From the human T2T-CHM13v2.0 reference genome, Homo sapiens, in assembly GCF_009914755.1 (NCBI RefSeq), contig NC_060926.1: a stretch of DNA of 64,000 nucleotides; one strand, given 5' to 3'. The notes beneath the pieces were generated by a model. It had not been told where the DNA came from, did no database searches, and saw nothing but the letters and a program-made list of their open reading frames with translations. Below, piece after piece: positions 38,601 to 53,041 of the stretch. A program made the translations under genes and the position numbers. Within the stretch, counting starts at the first letter, position 1. Each line of letters starts with the position of its first letter.

Positions 38601-41541
38601 GATTGTGGTAGGCGCTGGGGAGAAGAAAAAAAATCTAATTTCGATGCAGGGCTTGCTAAGTGGCAAATGCTATTTCATTTCAGCTTTCCGTATCGCCGTT
38701 TGAGACAGTTGCTATTGCTATTGTCCCCATGCCATAGAAAAGGACGTTGAGGCTCAGGTTTCTAGGTGGTATTGACAAAGCTACATGGCTAGGGAACACT
38801 GGAGCTGGGCCTTGCAGCCAGGTGCATTTGGTTCCAGGGTGTCTGTTCTCTCAACTCACTCACATGATGTCTCCAAGGAGGAACGAAAAGTATCCCCTGT
38901 CTTCAGTGGCCTCAGTTTTGTTAAACTAAAGAAGATTCAAATTACGCAGAGGATGTAAACAGTCTAAGCTCCCTATGTTTTCAGTCTTTATGCTGAAAGG
39001 TGGAAGTGCATGGCATGGGTTTGGCAGACTAATGGATGGGTCCACTATCTGCTAAGCAAACCAGGATGAATGAGGTGGCTGTGTATGCTAGGGAGGCCAC
39101 TGTGCTGTGACTAGGAAGGCTATTGGCATTGAGGGGGCAGATTCCATAGGTTCGGTCAACCCAAGTCCCCTCAACTAGGTTCTCACAATAGGTAAATGAC
39201 CCAAAGTCCAATTTTAAAGTTTTTGTGGTAATGTTTTAAGGAACCTCGGATCCTGCCAAGAGATAGGTGGGTCCTCTCATCATCTCTAAGTTGAGGCTCC
39301 ACATCCGTAGTTCTCTCCTTGGCCTTCACATTAACATTACAATGATCTGGAGAAGGTTTAGCAAATACTGATGACTGGGGTTCACCCCAAAAGTGTGTAT
39401 GTCATGGTCTGGGATGCATCCCAAGCATTCACAGCTTTTTCAATCTCCCCAGATGAATCTAACATGCAGCAAGTTTGAAGACTTGGGGAATTCTCTCATC
39501 TCCCATACAGTTTGTTTGCCTAGGCACAATTTAGAGGAAGAGTCACACGGTGTCACCTTTCTATTTTACCTGTCAATTTCAATGACCCTTTTCTCCTCAT
39601 TTCTGGACTTATTCAGTGTCCTCTTCCCTCAGCCTTGTTCAGCCAGCTAATGGCACATACTAATTCCATACTGGGCACTAACTCTTTGGATTTCCTAACA
39701 CAGAGGATATTTTTTATTTAAAAAGAGGATATTGATGTCTTAAAAACAACAGCAGCAGCAAAAATCAAATCACAGGAGATCAGTGGGGCCTTTTGAAGGC
39801 TTCTAAAGGAGTCTGTATAGGAAACTCGGTGCTATTGCTGTGTGCAAGCCAATCCTACCTGGGATGCAAGCGTTCCTTGGAAAACAACCTTCTGAGTCTA
39901 AGTAGAAGCTGGTGCCTGAATCTTTAAATTACTTTGTCTTTGTAGTTAAAGAAGGATTTGTTTTTCTTTAGAAGCAAGGCAACATCACAAATCCTAGCTG
40001 ACCACAACATTCCCAAAGCCTGAAAGGCACTCTCCGGCAGGTGAGCCAGTTGATCCTGGGGTCCCAGGCTCAGTCACCTAGTTAACACTCATGGCCAAAC
40101 ATTAACCACCCAGGCTGCGCTGTGCTGTGTGCTGGGTCTCTGCCTTCAAAGAGCTGCTTCCAGCTGGGTGGAGAGAAGACAGGGCCACAGTTACAGGACA
40201 GTAAGGTCAGTGCTCTGAAGGCATAGAGAATGGATCCACTGCTCAACCTGGAACAGAAGCATGGGCAGGGAAGACTTTTTAGGGCACATTAAAGCCCCAG
40301 GGGAGAGGCATTCCAGGCAGGAGGACCAGTGTGAGCAGAAGTGTGGAGTGGCACAAGTACAACAAGGAAGTGGGAATTGAACCAGATTCAAGAACTCTGG
40401 ATAACCTCATCCCAACACAGTTTTAAGTGCTCTGTGTGCAATTAAATCGATCCCCTTCTCTGGGTCCTACTTTTTCAGCTTTATAGAAAGGATCAGTGGG
40501 AGACCCTTCTTCTCCACAATTTCCCATGATCCTAAGTTAATAGAGACTTTCCAGCCACTTTTCTGCACAAAGCTCCGGCACACCAGTTACATCTGCCTGG
40601 TGATTTTAGATTCTTCTTTTAATGATATGCCAGGTGACACCTTCTACTTTCACCCATCTCTGCACTAGCCTGCAAAAAGGGCCAAAGTAAATGACAGCAA
40701 GTCTTGCACAACAAACCAAAACAACACAAATGTCTACTGCTCACAGTATGGCACCTTCCCTTGGCTTTGCAATCTCTGCTGGCCAACATGCTTGGTTCAA
40801 TTGCAAAGGAAAAGGACAGCCAAAGGACAGCCAACTGCATCCTGGTAGGGCAGGGGCACCAGAGCTGACTCCGGCCAATGCCCAAGTTGTAAACTAGCCA
40901 CCCACTTGGCTGTGGTTAACAGGCCTTGGCTTACATTTCCTTAAGAGTGGATGGAAGGGTCTTTTGTGTTGTTTTTCTCTGATTTCCTGCCTCTTCTTTC
41001 TTCTGGAAGAAATTGAAACAAAATCTGTTCAGAATCCAAAGGCAATGGTCTTTGTTGGCTGGCACAGGCGGCTCTCTCTTTCCTGGCTCTCCTGTCACTC
41101 ATTGTACTGCTCTGTGTTTTGCTTTGTTTTTTTAACCCTGAAAGTACTTACGACTCTGGCTCTGCCTACCTAAACTTTCACGGGGTGTCAAACACCTCTA
41201 CTCCTTGCCTACAATTTTGTTAGTGCTTTATGACTAGCTAGCTGGCTTTGAGTCCAGAGGCAGGAAGCTAACTCTAACTAAGTGTCTATTTGTGTCAGCC
41301 CCTTTAGATGAGACCAGTGTTGTCAGCCATCATGTGATAGAAGTCTTACTATTACTATTATTATTCCCACTTTACAGAAGGAAAACCTTCAGCTCTACCT
41401 TTCACAGATGGCTTACATTGCCTTACTTCAAGGCTCAAAATGGGTCTGCAGGTATCTGTGTCATTAGACAGTCTTGTAGTTGAGAGGAGGACCTTTTAAA
41501 CAAGGCCAGTAGGCATAAACAACAACAAAAACAAACAACAT

Positions 41542-41901
<360 letters not shown>

Positions 41902-42099
41902 TTACACTTCAGATAAATCTCTATCAGACTACTGAAAAATAAGCACACAAATAAAAACAACAGTCTCTATGGTAGACAGAGGCCAGAATCCTCGGGCAAT
42001 GACTGCCCTCTGACATCATAGATGATGGCTCCAGTGCTCACTTGTCCCGTAAGGACCAGAGAAAATGTGTCATTGCCTGGAGTCTCCCCTGTACTCTCT

Positions 42100-42504
42100 T
42101 GTTATTGGCTGAAATGTGTACCTCCAAAATTTATTTATTGAAGCCCTAACCTCAGTATCTGAGAATGAAAGTGTATCTAGAAACATGGCCTTTAAGAGGT
42201 AATTAAGATAAAATGAGGGCACTGGTGTGGGCCCTCAATCAATAGGACTAGTGATCTTTTAAGAAGAGAAAATTCGGACATGCAAAGAGACACCAGAGAT
42301 GTGTGTGCACAGAGGAAAGGCCACGTGAGGATTTAGCCACTAAACAGCCATCTACAAGCCAAGAAAAGAGGTCTCAAAAGAAATCAATCCTGCCGACACC
42401 TTCATCTTGGACTTCTAGCCTCCAGAACTGTGAGAAAATAAATGTCTGTTTTTTAAGCCACCCAGTCTGTGGTATTTGGTTATGGCTCTAAGCAGACTAA
42501 TCCA
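42100..42504 (+). mobile_element. MLT1A/B-type solo LTR
   Basis: TGTTATTGGCTGAA..GGACTTCTAGCCTCCAGAACTGTGAGAAAATAAAT..TTTAAGCCACCCAGTCTGTGGTAT. Confidence 0.88.
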
Positions 42505-42903
42505 GCCCCTAGACAAACCCTCACCCTACTCCAAGTGGAGGTAATTTTTCTCCACCAAATGCTCATGTTACTGCACTTACAAGCATTTATATCTGTTCCT
42601 ATAAGGATGGAATTTAATAGCTGTTTATAGTATGGACCTAAGGGAGGTAGAGACATTATCTTTGGAAGGTCAGGAATACTTTTTAAAATAATAACTTGCT
42701 TTCAAATACATGCAATTTCCAGAAGTATCCCTCCAACCAGAGATTTCCTTTTCCTTCTTTTGTATTTTATCCCCTTATTTGTAATGGTTTCTCTATCTAA
42801 ATGACCTTCATTTAGCTTTTTTCATCTGTAATTAGAGATAATCATACCAGTCATTAAGTTGTAATGGAGTTTACAAAGCACTTAACAGAATGCTTGGCAT
42901 ATA

Positions 42904-44199
42904 TAAGGGGTCTTTAAACAGTTCATGAAAAATGTGTATTATGAAAAAAAACTATGAATAGATTTCAAAATTATTTTGCACCAAAATAAATACATAGTAA
43001 CTCATTATAACGTGCCCTAACAAGAACTAGTTTGAGGAACTAAGAAGGATAGGACATCAGTTTGAAAAGAGTAACATAAATTCTGCTAAAATTGAAGCAA
43101 GAACAAACATTGAGTTTATGGTGAAGCTTGGGTAGAAGAAGGATGAAATCACTGATGCTTTATGAAAAGCTAATGAAGACAATGCCCCAAAGAAATCAGT
43201 AGTTTACAGATGGATAATTCATTTTAAGAAGGAATGAAATAATGTTGAAGATGAAGCCCACAGCAGCAGACCATACACATCAACTTTCGAGAAAAAAAGA
43301 ATACATCTTATTTGTTCCTTAACTGAAGAGGACTGACAACAGCAGAAACAACATTCAACACCATAGATATCTCAATGCTTCCACTTACACTACTCCAACT
43401 CAGAAATTAAAGTTGAGCAAACTTTGCACTCAATGGATGCCAAAACGATTGTGCCCAGACGAGCTGCAGACAAAAGCGGAGTTTTTGATGGAAATTTCAA
43501 ACAACAGGGATCAAGAATCTGAAGTACTTCTTTAAAGAACTGTAACAGGAGATGAAACATGGCTTTACCAATATGATCCTGAAGACAAAGCGCAATCAAA
43601 GCAATGGCTACCGCGAGGCAGAAGTGGTCCATCCAGTCAAAGCAAAAGAGGAACAGCCAAGAGCAGAGGTCATGGCAACAGTTTTTTGAGATGCTCAAGG
43701 AATTTTGTTTGTTGAATTTTTGGAGGTCCAAAGAACAATAACATCTGCTTATTATAAGGATGTTTTGAGAAAGTTAGCCAAAGCCTCAGCCAAAGGAACT
43801 TTTGGGTAAACTTCACTAGAAAGTCCTTCTCCACCACAACAATGATCCTACTCATTCCTCGCATCAAACAATGACAATTTTGCAGGAGTTTAATGGGAAA
43901 TTATTAGACATCTACCTTACAGTTTTAATTTGGCTTTATCAGACTTCTTTTTTGTCCCCCAATCTTAAGAAAATCTTTAAAGGGCATTCATTTTTCTTTA
44001 GTTAATAATGTGATAAAGACCACAGTGACATCTTTAAATTCCTGTGACTCTCAGTTCTGTAGGGATGGACTAAATGGCTGGAATCATCACTTACAAAGGT
44101 GCTTTGAACTTAATGGAGCTTATGTGGAGAAATAAAGCTTATGTTTTATATTTTTATCATTCAATTCCACTTTCCACTAACTTTGTTTAAGTCCTCTCA
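42904..44199 (+). mobile_element. HSMAR2 mariner, full length (~1.3 kb), inserted in a MIR
   Basis: Degenerate TIRs AGGGGTCTTTAAACAGTTCATGAAAAATG and CACTTTCCACTAACTTTGTTTAAGTCCTCT. MIR sequence TGGCA(TA)|(CA)GTAGGTGCTCA rejoins across it. Confidence 0.95.
43076..44135 (+). pseudogene. HSMAR2 transposase pseudogene
   Basis: (I)NSAKIEARTNIEFMVKLG*, VTGDETWLYQYDPEDKAQSKQW, HHNN (second catalytic Asp lost), YSFNLALSDFF, GAYVEK*. Start ATG is now ATA; multiple stops. Confidence 0.92.
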
Positions 44200-44298
44200 C
44201 AGTAGGTGCTCAGTTGATGCTGATTTATTTCCCATTTTTTATCTTGCCTCTTTTGAGAGTCACTGAATGAAAGAAACCTTAATTACCATCAAGCTCAT

Positions 44299-45364
44299 TG
44301 TATTAGTTTGCTAGGGCTGCCAATAGCAAAGGACTACACACTGGTAACAACAGATATTTATTGTCTCACAATTCTGGAAGCCATAAGAACAAGATCAAGG
44401 TGTTGGAAGGGTGGGCTGATTTGGATAGTTGTGAGGAAGAATCTGTTTGATACATTTCTCCTAGTGTCCAGGGAATCTTTGACATTCTTATGATACAGAA
44501 GCTAGAAAGAAATTATTTAGGCAGACAATAAGGGCAACAGAGTCCTCAGTGGAATTCCCCTTTTAATAAAAAAGCATCTCCCAAATCATTTCTTTTCTAA
44601 CAAAGAGCAGACTGAAAAATCGAGCTGCAGACATAGATAAGCAAGTTGGAAGCTTGCATGGGTGAATGCCAGCAGCTGTGCCAACAGAAAAGGGCTACTT
44701 GGGGACCAGGTATGTTCAACATGGAGGCTCCATCTTCCCTTTTCCTTGTCACCATGTGTACAGTAAAGAAACAGGCAACATGGTACTGGCCAGGTAGAGA
44801 ACCCATCTGCATAATTAAAGATTAGGCCAGCTTTTTGCACCCTATGCAAATGGCACACCTGGTCCAAACAATCTTTTGTACCCTATGTAAATCAGACACT
44901 GCCCCCTCAAGCTCATCTATAAAACCCACTGCATTTCACCCCAGAAGTGGCAACCCGCTTCTTTGGGGCCCCTCTCTGCCACAGAGAGCTCTTCTCTTTC
45001 TTTCACCTATGAAACTTCCACTCCAAACCTCACTCTTTCTGTTTCTGTGTCCCAGTGTTCCATGACTGTGAGACAACAAATCTCAGGTATTTAACTCCAG
45101 ACAACAAGGCCGCTTCATTTAGGCTTCTAGAAGCACCACCCCAATCTCTGCTTTCATCTTCACATGGCGTTCTCTCTGTGTGCATGTTTCTGTGTCCAAA
45201 TTTTCCTTTTCATAAAGACATTAAGCCCAGCCTAATGACCTTATCTTAACTAATTACATCTGTAAGGAAATGATCGTGAAATACAGTTACATTCTCAAGC
45301 ACTGAGGGCTAGTCCTTCAACATATGAATTGGGAGAAGAGGGAGATATAATTTAACCCATAACA
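44299..45364 (-). mobile_element. MLT1A/B/C LTR split by an ERV1 LTR
   Basis: TGTATTAGTTTGCTAGGGCTGCC..TGTCTCACAATTCTGGA; resumes at 45118 with CATCTTCACATGGC..TTCAACATATGAATT..CCCATAACA. Confidence 0.82.
44491..45117 (+). mobile_element. MER4-group ERV1 solo LTR (MER50/MER61-like)
   Basis: TGATACAGAAGCTAGAAAGAAATTATTTAGGCAG ... CCAGACAACAAGGCCGCTTCA. TSD CTTA/TTTA (one mismatch). Confidence 0.8.
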
Positions 45365-45540
45365 CTGGGGAGCAAGTGATACAAATCGACTACCATCCCA
45401 GGCAACCCTTTAAATTTACAGACATCTTAAAACTTTATTGTTTCTTTCTATATAATTCTAGCATCATAGACATAGAACATATTTATTTTGTTTTCCTTCT
45501 GATTCATCTTAATAATTTGAAGAAAACTTCTCTTTGTTTC

Positions 45541-45693
45541 AGAGTCATCTGGGAAGCTTTAGACAAATCCTGATGCCCAGATCCAATTGCAGACCAATTA
45601 TCTGAATTTCTGGGGGAAGGAACAAAGCCTTACTTTTCTTGTCAAAACTCTCCAGGTGATTCCTGTGTCTATCCAAAGTTGAGAACACTGGTC
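45541..45693. mobile_element. MER5A
   Basis: GAGTCATCTGGGAAGCTT..CTCCAGGTGATTC..AAAGTTGAGAACACTG. Confidence 0.75.
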
Positions 45694-47054
45694 TATTAGA
45701 TAATGGGAGTTTGTCCCAGCTCTACAGGTGAGAAAACTGACTGATGAAGAGCATATTACGAGACCTTTGGATTCAATCAAATATTTCACATTGGCTTTCT
45801 AACCACCAAAAGATTGGGAAAACAATTTGACATGAGCTTGTGTCCAATATTCCTTCCTTTATTTTTCAAACACATATATTTAAAAGGCAATGTGAACCAT
45901 GTGTTTTTGATTTAGTGACACTGAAGTCATCATTGGAATGCGATTTTGTTAAAAGCTTGTTGATACTCCAGGACTCCATTTGAAAAGACCTGGTTGTTCA
46001 ATGTGGAGTTGTGGGGTGGGTGGGGAGGCAAAGTTGAAACCTCAAAGGCTCTAGCCTATTTCCAAACATGTATTCAATTATTAAGAAACCCAAAAGTAAC
46101 TGATTTATTTATTTTTAGGTCTGAGGATAATGCTGATGGCTGCATTTGGGGAAGAGGTGGGGAGCTGTGGCTGAAGGGGAACTATGAATCTCCTATATTC
46201 CTTTTTCCCCATCACACTGGTATCTCCTGGAAGTTCAAGAACCATGTCCTCTCTCTCCCTTTTTCTCTCCTCTCTGTCTCTTTGTCTTTCTCAAACTTAG
46301 CGTGAAGTCTTTAATTCATTCACTCATTAAACTTATACTGTTTTGTGCTAGGCTCAATGTTATAGAAAACATAGACAAAAATGTCCAGTTTTCATAAAAT
46401 CTGAGCTAAAAGAAGCTCAGTTACAGAGCACAACAAATGCTTCAAGGTGAGAAATAACTTTCAGGAACACAAATAACTCTGAGCAAAATATGTACTATTA
46501 ATAGAGATTTTCATGAAATTTTGTACCTAGTATGTAAGAGAACATCTAATCCAGTTGTTTCATTTTATAGATGGAGAGATTGAAGCCAAGAGTAAGAGAG
46601 ATGGTGACTTACTTAAGATCACACAAAAAGCTATTTTTATGTCAGGGCAGAGACAAGATTTCTTACCTCTCAGACAAAGGTTTTTCAAAATGTTATCCTG
46701 CTGGGAGATGCCCACATAAAAATGAAATTGAAATATAAGCATGATTGCAATATATAAAGCAACATATAAGCATATATTGTTTTATTTTGCTGCAGTACAG
46801 TTGGCCTGCAACACCCCTAGCATTTGATATCAAGAACGGTAGTTTTGCTAAGCTATAAGAAGGTACAGGGCAGAGCCCATTCAAAGGCAAGAAGGACAGT
46901 CATTAAGCATGATGAGTTAAATATGGCAAAGAAAATGGTAATAGAGACTAGGACAAGGGGCCCCAGCTAAGAGCCTGTTTCAAGATCAGACAACAATGGA
47001 AGATGCTGTTCAAGCAAGGGAGAGAGAGGGAGGGTCAGACTGGCATTGCTGGAC

Positions 47055-47640
47055 AGTGGTTTTCAAGCCTGGCTATGCATCAGAATGACATAAGATTTTT
47101 AAAACAATAGTGGTGCCCAGACTCCACCCTTCCTGCCCTCCCCCAGTAATTCTAATTTGTCTGAAATGGGTCCCAGACATTGTTATGACATATAAACTTC
47201 CCTGATGAGTGGACCATATTGTAACGGTCCAGGGAAGAAATGAGGAAAGGAGGGAAAGAACTGATGTAATGATAGAATGTGCTGCAGAGAAGGCTCTGTG
47301 GGAGAAACATCCAAGAGTGATTCAAGGGAACTTAGTGATGAATTGGGTAAGGGGGGAGAGAAAAGGAAGGTTCTGGCTTCAGTGTCTTGGCAGGTGATAC
47401 ATATATTCATAGGGCTGGAGAGAACATAGGATTTGAGGCTGCTGGGATGGGGGTGATGACGTCTTCATCTTTGGAGCTGTTGAGTTGAAATTGCCTGTGA
47501 AACAGCCAGGTGGAGTTTACAGCAGCCCATTGTATGAAGGGGCTCAGTACATAGTCCTGTGTTGGAGATTGACATATGTTAATATTTATGAACTCTGATC
47601 TGTAGTTGAAGTGAGATATAAATCCTCTAGCCAGGGTAAG
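47055..47640. mobile_element. MER5 fragment followed by antisense L2
   Basis: CAGTGGTTTTCAAGCCTGGCTATGCATCAGAAT; then TTTGGAGCTGTTGAGTTGAAATTGCCTGTGAAACAGCCAGGTGGAG. Confidence 0.6.
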
Positions 47641-50600
47641 GACAGCCAACAGGTCATTGCAAGCACTGGAAACATGAGCACACCCACCACCACTCCTAAT
47701 TCACCCTCTGACAGATAACGACTGCAGGACACACCCCACCCCACCTCAGGTGTCCTGCTGCCCCAGGCTCATTCTCAGAGTTTGCTGTGATGTGGGACAA
47801 GGCAGTTACTGGAAACATGCTTCTTTTAATCAGCTAGGATCTATCCTAATCCTGGAGACCTGGGCAGAGAGGAGGGGGCAGATGGAAGTGTGGGAAGAGG
47901 GGGTGCAGGGAATTGCTGTGAAAGCCTTCCATTGTGTGTAGGTGGCTCTGAAAGAGGAAGAAATAGATGTCAGTAACAGCAACATCAGGGACGGGGAAAA
48001 ATGCAAGCAGAACCTCAGATATGGGTCTCATCAAAAATCAAAATAGTCTTACATCATGCCCTAGATATAGCCAAACACAGATGAGGCTAGACCACCAATG
48101 AGGGGGCTCCCCAAGGCTCTAAGTCATTCTCTCATGCTTTGTTGGAAAAGCTGTCCCACTTAACTCCAAATATATGGCTCTGGACAGGAACAGAGAAGCC
48201 AGCTTGAGCAACATCTTCTGAGTCACTGGCCAAGAAATGCTTCCCCACCTATCCTTCAGGTAGGAGAGTGGACACTAGTCAAAAAGGCACAAGTATTTCC
48301 AATTCAATTTCCCTGCACATGGCTGCAAGAGACAAATGTCACCGATTGAGTCTGAGCTTCACACATCCCAACTTAAAGCTCATTAAAAAGCTCCCAAAAA
48401 ATGAGGACTTCAAGCTTGGAGTTCCCTCTGAAAGCCATGCCGGATCTAAAGTTCAGATCTTACAACATGCAGGCACCAGACTAGTCATCTGACATGCATT
48501 TTTCTATTTAATTCCCACAAAAACTTTGCTGGGGCTTTGTGATCTACCCTAAGGTGACATAACCAATTCTTAAGGAAGAAGGCCTGGCACTTGCATTTTT
48601 GTTCACCCAACTCTCGTTCATTTCTTCCTTCTTCTACCAATACATAAACACATCTGCAGCTGGAGGTTTTCCCAGGACTGGCAGGGCACTCTGCTCTGCA
48701 AGAGTTACTTGAATTTACTAAGGGGTATTTGGTGGATTGTTGAGGGGGATAAAAATAATATGTCAGGTGGCTGGGACCCCAAGTTTAAGTTTGCTGTTCA
48801 CTAGCCTTATGACTATAATGTGTGCACTTGGCCCTTTTGAATTGCAGTTTTCTCTTCAATGTAGTAGGGATAATAATACCTACCTCATTTTTTTTAGATT
48901 AAATGTCAAAATTGTTCATAATATGTTAAATTTGCTAGCTTAGTATCACTGACTTTAACGTTAACTAGGTAAGGAAGAAACTACCCAAATACTGGACTCT
49001 AGCCAAGAAATACACACTATCTTTATCTTGGTTTTAATGAGATGCTCTCGTAATCATTCTATTTGCATAGCCTTAAGAATTAACAATGCAATTCAATGGT
49101 AACTGACTCTACTGTGGCAATGTAACAGCATCATCGATTAGTACAATGGAAAAGTAAGATTATTCTTTTAAAATTTAGTCTTGATGACCACTTGGCATGC
49201 CTTTCCATGCATGCCTTCTCCCTGAGCTGAGATAAGCAAAAAATGCCAAACAATAGGGAGTATTGGTGAGACATACTGGCTTTGGCAAGGCAGAAAAAAA
49301 AAAAAAGCACTAGTAATTCAATTTAGACTAAGATTTGTTTCTTCTGATCAGGTCAAACAAAAACTGTGAAAGCTCAATGATTCAATATTCTTTCACCACA
49401 ACCTAAGGCAAGTCTCCTTATGTGGCCTGGCTGCTTAATTTATAGTATTATTTATCTCAGACCTCTATATTTCATCTAAATGTGGTCCTAGACATATTGC
49501 AATAACAAGTATGGTTAGAGATGGGGACAGCCCTTGACTTGATCTTAAAGGTGCATGGTTTTTAAAGTCAGGCTTTTCTGAATCTGGGTCAGGAAAGGCA
49601 GTGTGAAGCTAATTTGGAGCTGAGGTCTGCTCCCCCTGCTGACTCACAGTGTGGGCACAGTCCATAGTGTACGCTCTTAAAGTGCAATAAACTGTCCATG
49701 CCAGAGGACAATGCTCCAGTTGTTAAAAGTGCTTTATTCTGGAGCATGGACTTTCTACACGACATGGTCTGAGTGTGTCCTGGTGAGGAGGCTGAACCGT
49801 CTGTGGAAATGAGACTGTTCAATGTTTCTGCAGCAACTGTAGTCAGCTCCTTTTCCTTCCTGTTTGGGGGAGTTTAATTGGATGCAGCTGGAGCATCCCC
49901 GCACTCTGAGTCTGAATTTGCTAAAGAAAGAGGGTGGGAAAGGCAGTTCTCACTGCATTCTGTCTGAACCTACAAAGCCACGGGAGACTCCAGAGATAAA
50001 ATGATTCAAAATCTCACTAAAGTCACTGTGGGTGTTTTCCCAACTGCCAAGACCCAGCTACACAGAACTGAAGTCACTCTTTAAGAATGCATGCAGATTA
50101 AGTTTATCTCCATCTTGAAACATTGGGAATAAAAATTAATAATGATAATAGTAATAATTTATAGTATTACTTGCTTCCCTAAATATTTTCACTTATCAGT
50201 TGATTGACTAGCATTAATTTGTTCTGAAAATAAAACATTTTTAGAGTAGGGTACAAAAAAAGGATAGGTAGCATGGTGGGAAAAGCGCAATTTAGGTTCA
50301 AAATCCACTGCTGAGAGTTACCCATGTATGATCATAGGCAAGTCACTTAAAGCTTATCTGAATTTCTGTTTCGTCTGATTACAAACCAACATATATAAAA
50401 AGGCATCATAGACTGAAACAAGGTTGTAAAAGGGGTCATCAGATAGTAACAAAATGAGATAGTTTCATGTCTTTTTTCCTTTCTAAAAAACAGAGCAGGA
50501 GGTATATATCCACATGAGTGTGTTTATTTCCAGGATCTTCCTTCAAGAGGGAGGAAAACTTATTCCTATGGTGTAGTAATCCTAGGAACACTTATAGTTT

Positions 50601-52041
50601 CCAAATCGGGAAATGATATAAGGCTTGCTTATGAATCACTTGAATTTGTGTGACATGATTTTATCGTCACATCCTTTTGTGTTTATTCATTTTTATCCCC
50701 ATTGATAAGTCACTTCACTTATTTACTTGCTTTTGTTTTGAATGATGTTTGGCTCTTTATAAAATCAAATTCATTCTCAAAGATTTAACATCAGTGAAGA
50801 AATTGCAACTCTTTTCCTCCCTACTTTTGATCAGTCTCTTACACATTTGTGAGCAATGACAGTGCAAAGGTTTTACCTTCCACAGGGGGGTGGTCTATAG
50901 AAGCGACAACTTGCATTAATTGGATGCCTAATGTTTACCATACTCTATGTTGGGTGTATCTTATACACATCCGATATTATCTTTTTAATAATATTGTGAG
51001 ATAGACAATGTTATCTCATTTTAAAGATGACAACAATAAAGCTTGGATTTTTTAAACTTGTTTTTCACTTACCTGTTAAATAAGGAACTACAATTAGATC
51101 CTAATTCTCTCTGAGCCCAAGATCTGTTTTTTTCCTCCACAGGAGGCTTCTCCTTCACCATTTGCATATGCATACCAAATAACCAGTCTCATCACTTTAC
51201 GGTCATATGATCTTCACTGATTAGTTCACTCAATATTTGTTGAGCACCTTCTTTGAATGTGGCTCTTCAGCAGGCCTGTGAGAGACTGAGGTCTCTGAGT
51301 CATAGTGACTTCCCAGGTTGCGTATCTCCAAAGTGCTGCATTTCCCCAGTGACTCAGGGTACCACAAAAGTGTCACCTATTTAATGATTGTTAGAACTTA
51401 ATTTAATACAAAATTAATTCTTACATGCCACAGATCAATAATGCTTTGTCCTCAGAACAATCGTAATGGAATTTTAGCTGGACCCAGATAAAATCAAAAA
51501 GGAAAACCGAACTAGACCTCCCTGGTAATTATCATCCCAAATGCACCCATATGTATGTAATTCTGAAGAGTTGCATGAAAAACAAATATATATTGAATTA
51601 TATTTGATTTTTGGCTTTTATTATAATATTGGAGATATAATTGTGTGGATCAAAAGTAATACAATTTATCTTTCACATGTTGACAAGATGGAAAAACAAT
51701 ACTGGGTTTACAATGCTACCTGAAAATAAAAAATTAAATGAACAAAAAATGTGAAAGAAAATGTGAAAGAAAGGATTTTCAAGACCCTAAACATTGGGCA
51801 ATGAAAGACAGTGATCAATGCAAAACAGAAAACAAATGAAATAAATCCTGCGATTCTCTTACTACCTTGAGAGAGTCTGCAGACCATGATGCAGAGGGAG
51901 AACACCAAGGAAGAACCGGGTGGACTCCATGGATGAAGAAACAAAGCTGAGATTTCAGGGATACCAAGGAACCTAGAGTTTGTGGAACAAAGTACTGAAG
52001 AGAAGAAAATCATATATAGAAAGAATCCTGGAGAAATGCAA

Positions 52042-52145
52042 GGGACCCTCTTACATTTTCAGCAGAATACTGACCAAGCCATGCACCAAGGCTGGGACCC
52101 TCTTACATTTTCAGCAGAATACTGACCAAGCCATGCACCAAGGCT
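52042..52145. repeat. perfect 52-bp tandem duplication
   Basis: GGGACCCTCTTACATTTTCAGCAGAATACTGACCAAGCCATGCACCAAGGCT twice (52042-52093, 52094-52145). Confidence 0.97.
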
Positions 52146-52611
52146 GGAGCAAGAACCATCCAAAAGATGAAAAGAAAGAGTACTCAGCACTCATACAGGT
52201 CTGGAAATACTGCCTGTTTCCACCAACCAGATTGAAGAATCTCATTATTCCCTGGACATTGCGTAGAATACTCAGGAAAATCTTGCTTCAATAATGGAAA
52301 GTAATTAGCTCTAAAATGCTCTGGGTCTTCCTAACAAATGATAAAAGCAAGACTCTAAAGGGGCAAACTTTTCCCAAGTAAAAATGGCATCCTAGCATAA
52401 ATCTCAAGAATATTATGATTTTTTAAAAAACCCAGCATTCAACAAGGTAAAATTTATAATATTGGGTATCAAATCAAAGATTCTGATCCAGAACTGACAC
52501 ATATGTTAGAATTAGCAAACAATGACATTCAAGCAGTCATTATACATGCAGTCCATATATTCATAGGCTTAAGTAAAGACATAGAAGATTATTTTTAAAA
52601 AAAGGCAAGTT

Positions 52612-52942
<331 letters not shown>

Positions 52943-52949
52943 TCAACAA

Positions 52950-53041
52950 GGGGGGCGGAGGTTGCAGTGAGCCCAGATCGCACCACTGCACTCCAGCCTG
53001 AGGACAGAGCAAGATCTCCGTCTCAAAAAAAAAAAAAAAAA
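52950..53041 (+). mobile_element. Alu 3'-end fragment with A17 tail
   Basis: GGCGGAGGTTGCAGTGAGCCCAGATCGCACCACTGCACTCCAGCCTG..CCGTCTC then A17. Confidence 0.92.

Noticed and set aside
49061-49088. ATTTGCAT and ACAATG as an OCT4-SOX2 composite
   Set aside because: The half-sites are ~14 bp apart, not adjacent as the canonical composite requires.
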